NCBI GenBank assembly: GCA_040830765.1
Contig: JBFOMH010000013.1
Location: 32,001 to 96,000, forward strand
Source: Puniceicoccaceae bacterium
GTDB lineage: Bacteria; Verrucomicrobiota; Verrucomicrobiia; Opitutales; Oceanipulchritudinaceae
Length of the DNA stretch: 64,000 nucleotides
Reading direction: 5' to 3'
The stretch's first letter is position 1; the number at the start of each line of letters is the position of its first letter. Position numbers and translations under genes: made by a program. Positions 27,781 through 37,601 of the stretch are shown here, piece by piece. Below the pieces are notes generated by a model. It was not told the origin of the DNA. It worked only from the letters and a program-made list of their open reading frames with translations, and searched no databases.

Positions 27781-29214
27781 ATGCGTCAGATTCTTAAATT
27801 TGCCCTTCCCCTGCTGGCTCTCTCCGGCTCTGCCAGCGCGGAAGTACTCGTCAATACCCGTCTCTATGATTCCGAGATTATCGGCAAGGACACCACTTTC
27901 CAACTCGACCTGCGGGAGTTTTTCCAGCTTTACGCTGATCCGGGCCCTGTGGCCACTTTCACGCTCTACATGCCGAACCAGTCCGGATTCAGGGAACTTG
28001 TCCGCGCCGACGGGTCGCTCCTCGAGGTAACTGAGGAAACGCCGGAAGATGACCAGTACATGACCTATGAGCTGACGGGTGGCGGAACCTACGACAATGC
28101 CTATGACGCGCGGGCCGAGGATTTTGTGTGGTCACAAACGGACATTCAGTACCAGCTGCTGGCAGATGAGGCCCCGATTACCATCGCCAATTTCCTGAGT
28201 TACCTCCGGGACGGGGTTTACGAGAACACGATTGTCCACCGCAGCGATGTCAACGTGGTCCAGGCGGGTGGCTGGTCGATCAGCGAATCCGATGATTTTC
28301 TCCTCAAGTTCATCGAGAAGCGCAGCCCCATTGTCCTTGAGCAAACCCGGGACAATACACAGGGCACGCTCGCCATGGCTCGTCAGCAGACAGCCAATAC
28401 CGCCACCTCGGAGTTCTTCATCAACCTCGAGGACAATACCGGCTTTTTCCGCAATTTCTACGCGGTCTTTGGCGAGCTCCTGAATCCGGAGACGGCCCTG
28501 CCCTTGTTGCAGCAAATGGGCGATGCCTTCGTCTATAACATCAGCCCGTTTATCCGCACAGCCCCCTTGGTCACGACCCCGTTGTATACTCCCTACTGGG
28601 ATGACAAGGACAGCTTCCTTCGCTTCCAGTCGATCAGCGTCCCGGAAGGCAATCCGGACGGTGTCAGCTACAGCTTTGAATGGGTCGATGTGGATGGTGT
28701 TGAAGGAACCAGCGAGGAAGAAGCCGCCAATCAGGCCCTCTTCAATGTTTCCATTGACGGATCCACGCTTAATATCTCCCGCTCCGGAACCGGCACTGCT
28801 CCCATTTCCATTATCGGCGAAGGTGGCGGCGATACCCGTAACTTCGAGATTTTCCTTATCGCCTTCAACCCGAGTGCACTCGAGGCTTTTCCCGCTTCGA
28901 ATATCCTCGCGGACGGCTGGCTGGAAAACTCCTGGTTCGGATTCCTCGTGGCGGACGACTTCCCCTATATCCAGCACCTGAACCACGGATTCCAGTACGT
29001 AGTCTACGTGGAGGGAGAGAGCACCCTTTCATCCACCTTCTACCTGTACGACTACCAATTGGGAAGTTGGCTCTACACAACGCCGAATACCTATCCGTTC
29101 CTCTTCTCCTATGCTCTCGATACGTGGCTCTGGTATGAGGAGGAAACCGGCAATGGCGTGGATGGGGACCGTACCTTCTTCAACTACGCAACTGGCGAAT
29201 ACATCCAGGGCTAA
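27781..29214 (+). CDS. Secreted cyclophilin-type peptidylprolyl isomerase, tandem paralogue
   Basis: Signal peptide; APITIANF, YENTIVHRS, VQAGG, GTLAMAR, TATSEFFINLEDN, YAVFG; collinear with the upstream gene. Confidence 0.85.
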   Translation: MRQILKFALPLLALSGSASAEVLVNTRLYDSEIIGKDTTFQLDLREFFQLYADPGPVATFTLYMPNQSGFRELVRADGSLLEVTEETPEDDQYMTYELTGGGTYDNAYDARAEDFVWSQTDIQYQLLADEAPITIANFLSYLRDGVYENTIVHRSDVNVVQAGGWSISESDDFLLKFIEKRSPIVLEQTRDNTQGTLAMARQQTANTATSEFFINLEDNTGFFRNFYAVFGELLNPETALPLLQQMGDAFVYNISPFIRTAPLVTTPLYTPYWDDKDSFLRFQSISVPEGNPDGVSYSFEWVDVDGVEGTSEEEAANQALFNVSIDGSTLNISRSGTGTAPISIIGEGGGDTRNFEIFLIAFNPSALEAFPASNILADGWLENSWFGFLVADDFPYIQHLNHGFQYVVYVEGESTLSSTFYLYDYQLGSWLYTTPNTYPFLFSYALDTWLWYEEETGNGVDGDRTFFNYATGEYIQG

Positions 29215-29247
29215 TAAGGCGCGACAACTGCCAGCGCTCACGTCCGA

Positions 29248-29541
29248 TCAGGAATCTTCCGGCTTCCAGCGCTGGACCTGGTTGAACTCCGCCTTGAGCA
29301 ATTCCTTCATCTCCTTTTGCAGGGATTCCGGGATTTTCTGCAACGCCTCCTGCAGCTGGAGTTGACTTGTCGAACGGTCCGCCGGGGGTCCGTCCTCAAC
29401 CGGCTTCTCTTCCGCTAAAACATCTGGCTTGGATAAACTTTCCGGGACATCGGCAGGCACTGCCTCGTCAACCCGGTTCTCGATCTCTGGCTCCTTGAGA
29501 ATGATCGGCCGGACCTCAAGCGCCCGGGGCGGAATCAGGCT
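29248..29541 (-). CDS. -1 frame continuation of dnaX (candidate tau-specific C-terminus)
   Basis: Open from the A10 run (AGC CTG ATT CCG...) to TGA at 29248, 97 codons; Pro/Glu-rich linker then helical tail [30 protein letters not shown]. Confidence 0.7.
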   Translation of the reverse strand, partial: SLIPPRALEVRPIILKEPEIENRVDEAVPADVPESLSKPDVLAEEKPVEDGPPADRSTSQLQLQEALQKIPESLQKEMKELLKAEFNQVQRWKPEDS

Positions 29542-30671
29542 TTTTTTTTTCCGCTTTCCTCCGGAGCTTCCTTGAGCCCCTTCAGTTCACGGACCAGGTT
29601 GTCCAATGCCCGGACCTGGCTCGCTTCGACCGCCCGCAAGAGGGCAACCTCGAAATTGACTTTCTCCGAGAGTCCCTTCTGCAGGGCAAATTCACTCTTC
29701 TGGAGGGCATCCAGCATCCGCAGAAGGGATTCCGAGGATAGGGAAGCACCCAGCTTTTCGGAACTGCCACCATTTTGGATGGCCTCCATCAGGGCTTCGC
29801 GGACCAGCGTCTCCACATCATGCAGCACCCGGTACAAGTCCCGCCCCTCGGCGCTGAACGTCTCTACCAGTTCCACCAGTTTCGGGTAATCCCCTGACCC
29901 CATGGCGACTCCAAGCTCATGGATCCGGTCGGGTCCAACCAGGCCATAGACATCCAGCACATCAGCTTCGGAGATATTGTCCCCACAAAAGGAAATCATC
30001 TGGTCAAGGATCGACTGGGCATCGCGCATTCCCCCACTGGCCAAACGGGCGATGGAACGCAGGGCTCCCTCATCCACCTTGACCTTTTCCGACTCAGCGA
30101 TGCGGGTCAGCCGCTCAACCAGAACCTCTTCGGAAATGGGCCGGAATTCAAAGCGCTGGCATCGGGAAATGATCGTCGGGAGGACCTTTTGAGACTCCGT
30201 CGTGGCGAAGATGAACTTAACGTGCGACGGTGGTTCCTCGAGCGTCTTCAAGAGGGCATTGAAGGCGGAGGCCGAGAGCATGTGGACCTCGTCGATGATG
30301 TAGATCTTGAAGGTGCACTGCGCCGGGGCGTACTGGCATTCCTCCCGCAGGTCGCGGATCTGGTCAACCGAGTTGTTGGAGGCCCCGTCGATTTCAATCA
30401 CGTCCATGCAACTGCCGTTCATGATTGCCTGGCTGAGGTCGGAATCGTCGGAAGGAGCGATATTGGGCCCACCCTCCGCGTTGAGCGCCTTGGCAAAGAC
30501 CCGTGCAGTTGAGGTCTTGCCGGTCCCCCGTGGTCCAACAAAGAGGTAGGCATGGGCAATCCGGCCAGTCTCGATGGCATTGCTCAACGTGCGGACGATG
30601 TGGTCCTGTCCCACGATGTCCTCAAACTGCTGGGGGCGCCAGCGTCGCGCAATAACCTGGTAGTCTGCCAT
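29535..30671 (-). CDS. dnaX: DNA polymerase III subunit gamma/tau (zero frame, 378 aa)
   Basis: [57 protein letters not shown]. Confidence 0.97.
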   Translation of the reverse strand: MADYQVIARRWRPQQFEDIVGQDHIVRTLSNAIETGRIAHAYLFVGPRGTGKTSTARVFAKALNAEGGPNIAPSDDSDLSQAIMNGSCMDVIEIDGASNNSVDQIRDLREECQYAPAQCTFKIYIIDEVHMLSASAFNALLKTLEEPPSHVKFIFATTESQKVLPTIISRCQRFEFRPISEEVLVERLTRIAESEKVKVDEGALRSIARLASGGMRDAQSILDQMISFCGDNISEADVLDVYGLVGPDRIHELGVAMGSGDYPKLVELVETFSAEGRDLYRVLHDVETLVREALMEAIQNGGSSEKLGASLSSESLLRMLDALQKSEFALQKGLSEKVNFEVALLRAVEASQVRALDNLVRELKGLKEAPEESGKKKA

Positions 30672-30698
30672 TCCGGATAAACAAGAAAGTTAAAAAAG

Positions 30699-30797
30699 TG
30701 GGCCAGGCACCCTACGGCACATGCGGGTTCCGGTTACCGTTGCTGCCTTCCGGCCCTGGCGGGATTCACCACCCCACATTGCATAGGACCCGGCCCA
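30699..30797 (-). ncRNA. ffs: Signal recognition particle RNA (bacterial small type)
   Basis: Minus strand has GCCAGGGCCGGAAGGCAGCA (helix 8, GGAA loop), closed by TGGGCC/GGCCCA; directly upstream of dnaX. Confidence 0.92.
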
Positions 30798-30866
30798 TCG
30801 TGACCTTCCTGCATCGGCCCTTTCATTTCAACCCCTTTTTTCGGAAGTTTGCTCAGGTGCCATCAA

Positions 30867-30892
30867 TGTTACAGTCATGTTACAATGTTACA
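30867..30892. promoter_or_regulatory. Triple TGTTACA direct repeat, candidate regulator site
   Basis: TGTTACA at 30867, 30878 and 30886 in the divergent ffs/tonB intergenic region. Confidence 0.5.
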
Positions 30893-30987
30893 TATAGGTT
30901 ACCAATCTGTCGCAATTGCGTTGACCATTAGCAGAGCTTAACCTACGTTGACGTAACATTAAGAATTAACCTCAACCATCCGATTAT

Positions 30988-31377
30988 ATGAAAACACTGG
31001 TTAAATTTCTTGTCGCTGCCGCGTTGACGCTAAGTGCTGTCAATCTTAACGCTGACCAAACTGAGCCGAAGCTGGTCGTTGGTGAATTGCCGGATTATTC
31101 CGTCTTTGCCCGCTCCCATGATGTGCAGGGAACCGTAGTTGTTGAAGCCCTCATCGATGAGGAAGGTCGCGTCTTTGCGGCGGACATCGTCGAATCCGTA
31201 CACAAGGAACTCGACAACGCGGTGCTGGCGGCGGTTACTGACTGGACTTTCGAGCCGGCCACCGAGGACGGGGAACCTGTCATGAAAGTGGTCCGGATAC
31301 CGGTCAACTTCAACCTCGTTGACCCACTCAAGGAATCTCTACGGTCCCACGATTCGGCGCTTGCGTCGAAGAAGTGA
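30988..31377 (+). CDS. TonB C-terminal domain protein
   Basis: Signal peptide; QGTVVVEALIDEEGRV, LDNAVLAAVTDWTFEPA, IPVNFNL; no proline-rich spacer. Confidence 0.85.
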   Translation: MKTLVKFLVAAALTLSAVNLNADQTEPKLVVGELPDYSVFARSHDVQGTVVVEALIDEEGRVFAADIVESVHKELDNAVLAAVTDWTFEPATEDGEPVMKVVRIPVNFNLVDPLKESLRSHDSALASKK

Positions 31378-31410
31378 AGGCTGTTAGGAACAAAAATATA
31401 TAATCGGAGG

Positions 31411-31440
31411 CGGTGTTCCGGCAACGGAACACCGTTTTCT
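31411..31440 (+). terminator. Rho-independent terminator
   Basis: CGGTGTTCCG-GCAA-CGGAACACCG followed by TTTTCT. Confidence 0.85.
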
Positions 31441-31481
31441 GTTTCAAAAAGGGAAACAGAGGCTCGGGCAACCCGGGTTGC

Positions 31482-32003
31482 CTACTGGTGCTTGAAAGCG
31501 ACCTCAACCATCAGGTCGCTGGCGAGATTCTCAAGGTTGGCCTGAAGGGCATCAAGGGAGACTCCTTCCGGAATGCGAAGACTGGCCCTGGCCTCAAAAA
31601 CAGGCGTTCCGGACCAGGGAGCCGCCTGTAATCCAGTACTCAATTCCTCCACGTTGACACCGCTTTCGCGGAAAGCACTGAAGATAGCATGGACGATTCC
31701 CGGATGGTCCTGACCGGAGAGCTCAAGGCGGGCTGCTGCACCCTTTGACTCGCCGGGTATCAGTTCGGCGGGCTGAATGGCAAATTGGAATCCAGCTCCC
31801 TTGAGGAAGGCCTCCACTTCATCGCCGAACGACGCCAAGGCACCCTCCGGAATGGAAATGCGGAGGATTCCCGAGAAGTAACCACCGAGCCGAATCATCC
31901 GGCTATCCAACCAGTTACCCCCGCGGGCCTCCACGATGGCAGCAATACGGGCAACGATTCCGGTGGCATCCGGACCAATCAAGGTGAGCATCACATCCTT
32001 CAT
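31482..32003 (-). CDS. GcvR-like double ACT domain protein
   Basis: LTLIGPDATGIV...NWLDSRMIRLGG; LSGQDHPGIV...NVEELST; the long upstream extension in the ORF track overlaps dctM and was discarded. Confidence 0.85.
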   Translation of the reverse strand: MKDVMLTLIGPDATGIVARIAAIVEARGGNWLDSRMIRLGGYFSGILRISIPEGALASFGDEVEAFLKGAGFQFAIQPAELIPGESKGAAARLELSGQDHPGIVHAIFSAFRESGVNVEELSTGLQAAPWSGTPVFEARASLRIPEGVSLDALQANLENLASDLMVEVAFKHQ

Positions 32004-32058
32004 GACTTCCAGAAAATGAATGTCGCGGCGAAAGGCGAGCCTTCTCGGACCGATGGAA

Positions 32059-33351
32059 TCAAAGGCCGAGGAGGCGGGGCAGCCACAGGGAAACCGCCGG
32101 TATATAGGTAATCGCCAGTAATCCGATGACCATGGCAATGAAGATTGGCAGAAGCGGTCGGATGACACTCCCCAGCGAAACACCGCCGACGCTGCAGCCA
32201 ACGAAGAGACAGGTCCCAACAGGCGGGGTGCAGAGCCCGATACAGAGGTTGGCAATCATCAGGATTCCGAAGTGGGTCGGGTCCATTCCCATGGCCACGA
32301 CAACCGGCAAAAAGATCGGCGTGAAAATCAACACTGCGGGTGTCATGTCCATGAATGTACCGACGACCAGCAGGAGAATATTGATTATGATAAGGATAAC
32401 GAGCGGGTTCTCAGAGATCGTCAGGAGGGCGTTACTGACAGTCTGGGGAACACTTTCATAGGCAAGCACCCAGCTCATGGCCTGGCTGCAACCGACAAGA
32501 ATCATCACAATGGAGGTTGTCTTGACGCTCTTGAGAAGAATCCGCGGAAGGTCGGCGGGCTTGATTTCCCTGTAGAGGACGACTCCGAGCAGAAGGGCAT
32601 AGGCCACCGCCACGGAGGAAGCTTCCGTGGCTGAAAAGACGCCACCAAGGATACCGCCAAGAACAATGACGATAAGGAAGAGGCTGGGAATGGCACCGAG
32701 GAAGGTTCGCCCAACTTCCTTCCAGTCGGCCACCTTCTCCACTGCCTGGACATCCTTGGGATTGAGGAACCAGGCAGCGATCATGATCAGCAGACCGATC
32801 AGGATTCCCGGAACCACTCCGGCCATGAAGAGGGCTGCCACGCTGACGTTCCCCGAGACCACCGCGTAGACAATCATGATGTTGCTCGGCGGAATCAGAA
32901 GCCCGGTGGTCGCGGAGGTAGTGGTCAGGGCGACACTGAATTCCTTCCCGTAGCCCTTGCGGGTCATTTCCGGAATCATGAATCCCCCGATGGAAGAGAC
33001 TGCCGCTGCCGCCGAGCCGGATACCGCGCCGAACATCATGCAGGTCATGGTGTTGACATAGCTGAGTCCGCCCCGGAAGCGTCCGACAACCGCATTGGCA
33101 AAATCAATCAGGCGGGTGGCCATTCCACCCTCTCCCATCAGGATGCCCGAGAGTATAAAGAACGGGATCGCCAGCAGCGGGAAGCTGGCAATGCCGGTCG
33201 AGATGCGCTGCGCCACAACATAGCCCGTCGGGACATCGCCCAGCGAGAAGATGGTCAGGACCGTCGCCAACCCGATGCAAATGGCAATAGGGACATTCAG
33301 CAGGAGCAAAACGACAAAGCTCAGGAGAAGTATGAGAATTTCCGTATCCAT
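32059..33351 (-). CDS. dctM: TRAP transporter large permease
   Basis: FPLLAIPFFIL, FGAVSGSA, LIPPSN, GLCTPPVG. Confidence 0.95.
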   Translation of the reverse strand: MDTEILILLLSFVVLLLLNVPIAICIGLATVLTIFSLGDVPTGYVVAQRISTGIASFPLLAIPFFILSGILMGEGGMATRLIDFANAVVGRFRGGLSYVNTMTCMMFGAVSGSAAAAVSSIGGFMIPEMTRKGYGKEFSVALTTTSATTGLLIPPSNIMIVYAVVSGNVSVAALFMAGVVPGILIGLLIMIAAWFLNPKDVQAVEKVADWKEVGRTFLGAIPSLFLIVIVLGGILGGVFSATEASSVAVAYALLLGVVLYREIKPADLPRILLKSVKTTSIVMILVGCSQAMSWVLAYESVPQTVSNALLTISENPLVILIIINILLLVVGTFMDMTPAVLIFTPIFLPVVVAMGMDPTHFGILMIANLCIGLCTPPVGTCLFVGCSVGGVSLGSVIRPLLPIFIAMVIGLLAITYIPAVSLWLPRLLGL

Positions 33352-33356
33352 TTTTC

Positions 33357-33890
33357 CTATACGTCTTCTATGGGATTGTCATTTTCGGATTCAACTGCCC
33401 CTTGCTTCATCAGGCGGACCAGGTGTTCCACCGCGAAGAGCGTGAAGAACAGGCCACTGACCGGTGCCGCAAGATAGATAAAACCCATCGGCCAACCCAG
33501 TGTCGGGGAAACCTGGCCCGCGGCCAAGGTCTTCGAAACCAGCATCCAGCCACCATAAAGTAATCCAAAAACGGAGAAGAGGAGAACCATCAGCTCAACG
33601 ACAATTGAGGCCAGGAACTGCGCCTTCTTTTCCAGCTTCTGGACAAAGTAATCAACGCCCAAGTGCCCCCGCTCGCCATAAGTCAGGCTGGCTCCAAGGA
33701 GGGAAATCCAGATCAGCAGGTAAATAGCCAGCTCTTCGGTCCACCGGGTTTGTGATCCGAGGATAAACCGCGAAAACACCCCCCAGAGGACATCCAGCGT
33801 CATGGCCGCCATGGCCACGATTAGCAAAACCTCCAAGGGCTTGACGAGGAAACGCCGGAACCCGCCGCCAACAGGGCCTTCCCCGCTCAT
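33357..33890 (-). CDS. dctQ: TRAP transporter small permease
   Basis: WTEELAIY, GHLGVD, four TM segments, between dctP and dctM. Confidence 0.92.
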   Translation of the reverse strand: MSGEGPVGGGFRRFLVKPLEVLLIVAMAAMTLDVLWGVFSRFILGSQTRWTEELAIYLLIWISLLGASLTYGERGHLGVDYFVQKLEKKAQFLASIVVELMVLLFSVFGLLYGGWMLVSKTLAAGQVSPTLGWPMGFIYLAAPVSGLFFTLFAVEHLVRLMKQGAVESENDNPIEDV

Positions 33891-34906
33891 TGGACGGCCT
33901 CCACCCGTTCAATAAGCTCATACAGGGATGTCCCCTTGAGGGCATCGTACATTGGCCGGACCTTCTCCCGGAAGGGCTCCTTCTCGGGATAATAGACGGT
34001 GACCCCGGCGGCTTCCAGTTTATCGAGCGACTCCTGGGTCTTCACCTTCCACAATTCACGCTGGAAGGTAACGGAGCGGTTGGCTGCCTCCTGCATCCAC
34101 CGCTGTTGCTGTGGAGTCAGGTCATCCCAGATCTTCTGGCTGAAAAGGACGATGTCCGGAATCCGCGAATGCTCATCAAGAGAGTAATGCTTGGCCACTT
34201 CGTAATGCCGGCTGGTGTCCACACTGGGTGGATTGTTCTCCGCTCCGTCAACCATGCCCTGCTGGAGGGCGGTGTAGAGCTCGCCGAAAGGAATTGGGGT
34301 GGGCGATCCCCCCATTGTGGAGATCATCTCGATCGATGTTTTGCTGCGCATGACCCGGATTTTCTTGTTCCTGAGGTCATCCGGATGGAGGACGGGAGAA
34401 TCGATAGTGTAGAAACTCCGGCTGCCGCTGTCGTAATAGATGAGGCCCTTCAGGCCGACGCCACTGCCCTTGGCCAGCAGTTCCTCACCGACGTCGCCAA
34501 GGAGGACATTCCAGTAATGTTCTGAGTCCCTGAACAGGTAGGGCAACCCAAAGAGGGCCATGTCCGGGATAAAGCCCTCGAGGGGTGCTGTTGAGGTCTT
34601 GACCATGGCCAAGACCCCCTTTTGCACCTGCTCGATACTGTCGGTTTCCGAACCCAGCTGGCCATTGGGAAAAATCTGCAGTTCCATCAACCCACCGGAA
34701 ACAGCATCCAGTTCCTCGGCCATGTTCTCCATCGCCAAATGAACAGGATGCGACTGGTCCAGCACATGGGCCAGCTTCAGGACAACTTTGCCGGCTGCAC
34801 CTTCCTCCTGACCACTTCCCCGTCCCAGCCAGGAAAATAGCATGACTGTCAGGATAATCCCGACTGCGAGACCGACACTAAAAAAGGAGACTGCTTTTCG
34901 ATCCAT
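33887..34906 (-). CDS. dctP: TRAP transporter substrate-binding protein
   Basis: FPNGQLG, KKIRVM, PIPFGELYTALQQGMVDGAENN; start could be 34927. Confidence 0.93.
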   Translation of the reverse strand: MDRKAVSFFSVGLAVGIILTVMLFSWLGRGSGQEEGAAGKVVLKLAHVLDQSHPVHLAMENMAEELDAVSGGLMELQIFPNGQLGSETDSIEQVQKGVLAMVKTSTAPLEGFIPDMALFGLPYLFRDSEHYWNVLLGDVGEELLAKGSGVGLKGLIYYDSGSRSFYTIDSPVLHPDDLRNKKIRVMRSKTSIEMISTMGGSPTPIPFGELYTALQQGMVDGAENNPPSVDTSRHYEVAKHYSLDEHSRIPDIVLFSQKIWDDLTPQQQRWMQEAANRSVTFQRELWKVKTQESLDKLEAAGVTVYYPEKEPFREKVRPMYDALKGTSLYELIERVEAVQ

Positions 34907-34974
34907 AATCTTAAAACTTAAATTCAAGACACCATACTCAGGGGTTGTAAAGCTTCTTCACCGAATTTCATTAG

Positions 34975-35937
34975 CTAATTCATGAAATAGCTGTCCAATG
35001 CGGTGTCCTTGTACGCCGCATACCACTTATCCAGTAGTTCTTTCACCGGCTCCCCATCGAAGGCAATGATTCGATATCCCGCCTGATAAACGTTTCCAGG
35101 TTGAATATCGAGTGAACCGAGGATCGGTGGAGAAAAAACAAAATACGGCATTACCGGGTGGATGCGGACCGGCTGGGGATGGCGGAAATTGGATGGATGG
35201 TCCATAATCACCACACCAGCCGCTTCACCCTTGATTGGCCCATAGGCAGAGAACCAGCCTGGCCGTTCATTGTTCGCCTCCTCGAGATTGGTTGTTCCCA
35301 AACCGGTCAGGATGCGCATCGGGGACTCGTATGCCGGGTCACCATCGCTGTTCCAGGTCGCGCTTCCCCGAAAGGCGAATCCCCCGTAGTGAAACTCCCG
35401 CACATGAACAGGCTCATCCGTCGCTGTCTTCTGGCGCAGGGCAATGTCGATGATGTAAACCCCGTCTCCCTCCTCCACATGCACATCCCATGTCTCCAGG
35501 ATGGCCGGTCCAAACTCGCGACTGACCATCTGGCGAGTTACCCTGAAGCTGTGCTCCTTAACCTTGTCTACCGAGACGGCCTCATTGTAGCCCGTCAATC
35601 GGTGCTTGTTCCAAAAGTCGACGCGCTCTCCATGGAAGGTGGTACGGGTCCATGCGGAAAAGATTCCGTGTTGATGGGCATGGCCAACGGGAAAGGGATC
35701 CGTGAGGATGCGGCCGGAAGGGGACCACAGGGGATGGATAAATCCACTACCCGCATAATAAGCCTCCATCCCCTCCGGAGGCGGAATTTTCTTAAGCTGG
35801 AAATTCAGCACTGGCTGCCCACTGGCCGAGACATGAATTCCGTCTTCATTCTGCTCGATCGTCACCTCGCCAAAAAGAACCGCGGGAAGAATAGAGAAGA
35901 GGAAGCAGCATGCCTTTGCGAATGTGGGGAATTTCAT
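34975..35937 (-). CDS. DUF6807-like secreted protein
   Basis: Signal peptide; FIHPLWSPSG..LTD.FP..HAHQHGIF.AW, YGGFAFRG, MDHPSNFRHP. Confidence 0.7.
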   Translation of the reverse strand: MKFPTFAKACCFLFSILPAVLFGEVTIEQNEDGIHVSASGQPVLNFQLKKIPPPEGMEAYYAGSGFIHPLWSPSGRILTDPFPVGHAHQHGIFSAWTRTTFHGERVDFWNKHRLTGYNEAVSVDKVKEHSFRVTRQMVSREFGPAILETWDVHVEEGDGVYIIDIALRQKTATDEPVHVREFHYGGFAFRGSATWNSDGDPAYESPMRILTGLGTTNLEEANNERPGWFSAYGPIKGEAAGVVIMDHPSNFRHPQPVRIHPVMPYFVFSPPILGSLDIQPGNVYQAGYRIIAFDGEPVKELLDKWYAAYKDTALDSYFMN

Positions 35938-36080
35938 GATTCAAGCCTACAGTCCCTTTCTCCGATGCCGAGGAATTTTTTCCATGGGTGGAGATCACCG
36001 GGCATGATGATTGACATTCGCATGCCGTTGGCTACCGAATAGGGCTCTCTTGCCCCGCATAAGGGAATGCTTCCTGAACC

Positions 36081-37568
36081 ATGAAACCACCCCTTCCCAA
36101 CCTTTCCCGTCGTTCCTTTATCAAAGGTGCCTCCCTGACCGCGTGTGGCATCGCCACATCCGGTTGCAGTGGCCTCTTTGGCAAATCAGAAGTCCGCTTC
36201 GCGGTGGTTGGCATGCGCATTCGCGGGATGCAATTGATTCGTCAATTCCTCTCCCAAGGCAAGGATGAGTCAGAACCATGGGACATACCACCTGTCCGCC
36301 TGGTGGCGATCTGTGATGTGGATTCTGAGATCCTTGCTCAAAGGGCGAGGGAAATTGAGGAAATAACGACTGAAAAGGTCGAGACTTACGACGACTACCA
36401 GGTACTGCTGCAGCAGAAACACATCGATGCCGTGGTCATTGCCACCCCGAACCACTGGCACGCGCTGCAGACGATCTGGGCCTGTGAGGCCGGCAAGGAT
36501 GTCTATGTCGAGAAGCCGGTCTGTCACTCCGTATGGGAAGGGCGGCAGATGGTGATTGCGGCACGGCGCCACAAGCGGATAGTCCAGTCCGGAACCCAAA
36601 ACCGTTCTGACCTAGGCCTGCTCGCGGCTTTCCCTCGCCTTCTGGCCGGGGACCTCGGGCCCATCCGCCATGTCCATGGCCTCTGTTTCAGGGACCGGAA
36701 AAGTATCGGCAAACAGGAAGCACCGCTCACGCCACCTCCATCGGTCAACTATGATCAGTGGCTTGGTCCGGCTGAGGACCTCCCGATGTACCGTCCCAGG
36801 TTTCATTACGACTGGCACTGGTTCTGGAACACGGGCAACGGTGACATTGGCAACCAGGGTCCGCACGAAATGGACTTGATCCGATGGGTCCTGGGGGATC
36901 CCGACCATCCGCAGGAAGTCTTTTCTTTCGGCGGCCGGTTTGCATGGGATGATGCCGGCGAGACTCCGAACATGCAGGTGGCCAGTTTTAAAATGAACAA
37001 CATCCCGGTCACTTTCGAGGTCAGGAACCTGACCGTGGATGCGGAAACAAACGCCGCCCCAAGCTACAAAGGTACCCGGGTCGGCGTAGTCGTGACTTGT
37101 GAAGGCGGCCAGTTCCGGGGTGGCCGCGGCGGTGGATTCTTCTACGACAACGATGGCAAGCGGATGCAGGCTTTTCCAGGTGATGGTGGCGGCGATCATA
37201 TGGCCGGCTTTTTCCGTGCCGTTGCCTCGAGACGGCGGAGCGAACTCAAGAGCCCCGTGCGGGAAGGGTACATGTCAAGTTGCCTCGGCCACTTGGGGAA
37301 CATTTCCTATCGTCTGGGAGAAACCGTGGGAGATGACACATTGCGCTCCAGCATCGCCGATGATCCATGGCTCTCGGCAGCACATGAGCGCCATTTGGAA
37401 CAACTCAAGGCATGGAACCTTGATCCGTCCCAGCTTCAGTGGACCCATGGCCAGGCCCTCCAGTTTGATGCAGCATCCGAACAATTCCATGGCGAAGCTG
37501 CGAATCGGGCCAATCCCCTCCTTCGCCGTGAAGGACGCGCTCCCTACACGATACCATCATACGTATAA
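36081..37568 (+). CDS. Gfo/Idh/MocA oxidoreductase with Tat signal
   Basis: SRRSFIK, IATPNHWH, DVYVEKP, GTQNRS, NQGPHEMD. Confidence 0.92.
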   Translation: MKPPLPNLSRRSFIKGASLTACGIATSGCSGLFGKSEVRFAVVGMRIRGMQLIRQFLSQGKDESEPWDIPPVRLVAICDVDSEILAQRAREIEEITTEKVETYDDYQVLLQQKHIDAVVIATPNHWHALQTIWACEAGKDVYVEKPVCHSVWEGRQMVIAARRHKRIVQSGTQNRSDLGLLAAFPRLLAGDLGPIRHVHGLCFRDRKSIGKQEAPLTPPPSVNYDQWLGPAEDLPMYRPRFHYDWHWFWNTGNGDIGNQGPHEMDLIRWVLGDPDHPQEVFSFGGRFAWDDAGETPNMQVASFKMNNIPVTFEVRNLTVDAETNAAPSYKGTRVGVVVTCEGGQFRGGRGGGFFYDNDGKRMQAFPGDGGGDHMAGFFRAVASRRRSELKSPVREGYMSSCLGHLGNISYRLGETVGDDTLRSSIADDPWLSAAHERHLEQLKAWNLDPSQLQWTHGQALQFDAASEQFHGEAANRANPLLRREGRAPYTIPSYV

Positions 37569-37601
37569 GTAGCGAATTTCGACTACAATAATTTTTCGAC
37601 C

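Noticed and set aside
34975..35937. Particulate methane monooxygenase PmoA
   Set aside because: This family is sometimes labelled PmoA-like, but the protein is soluble with a signal peptide and there is no pmoB or pmoC
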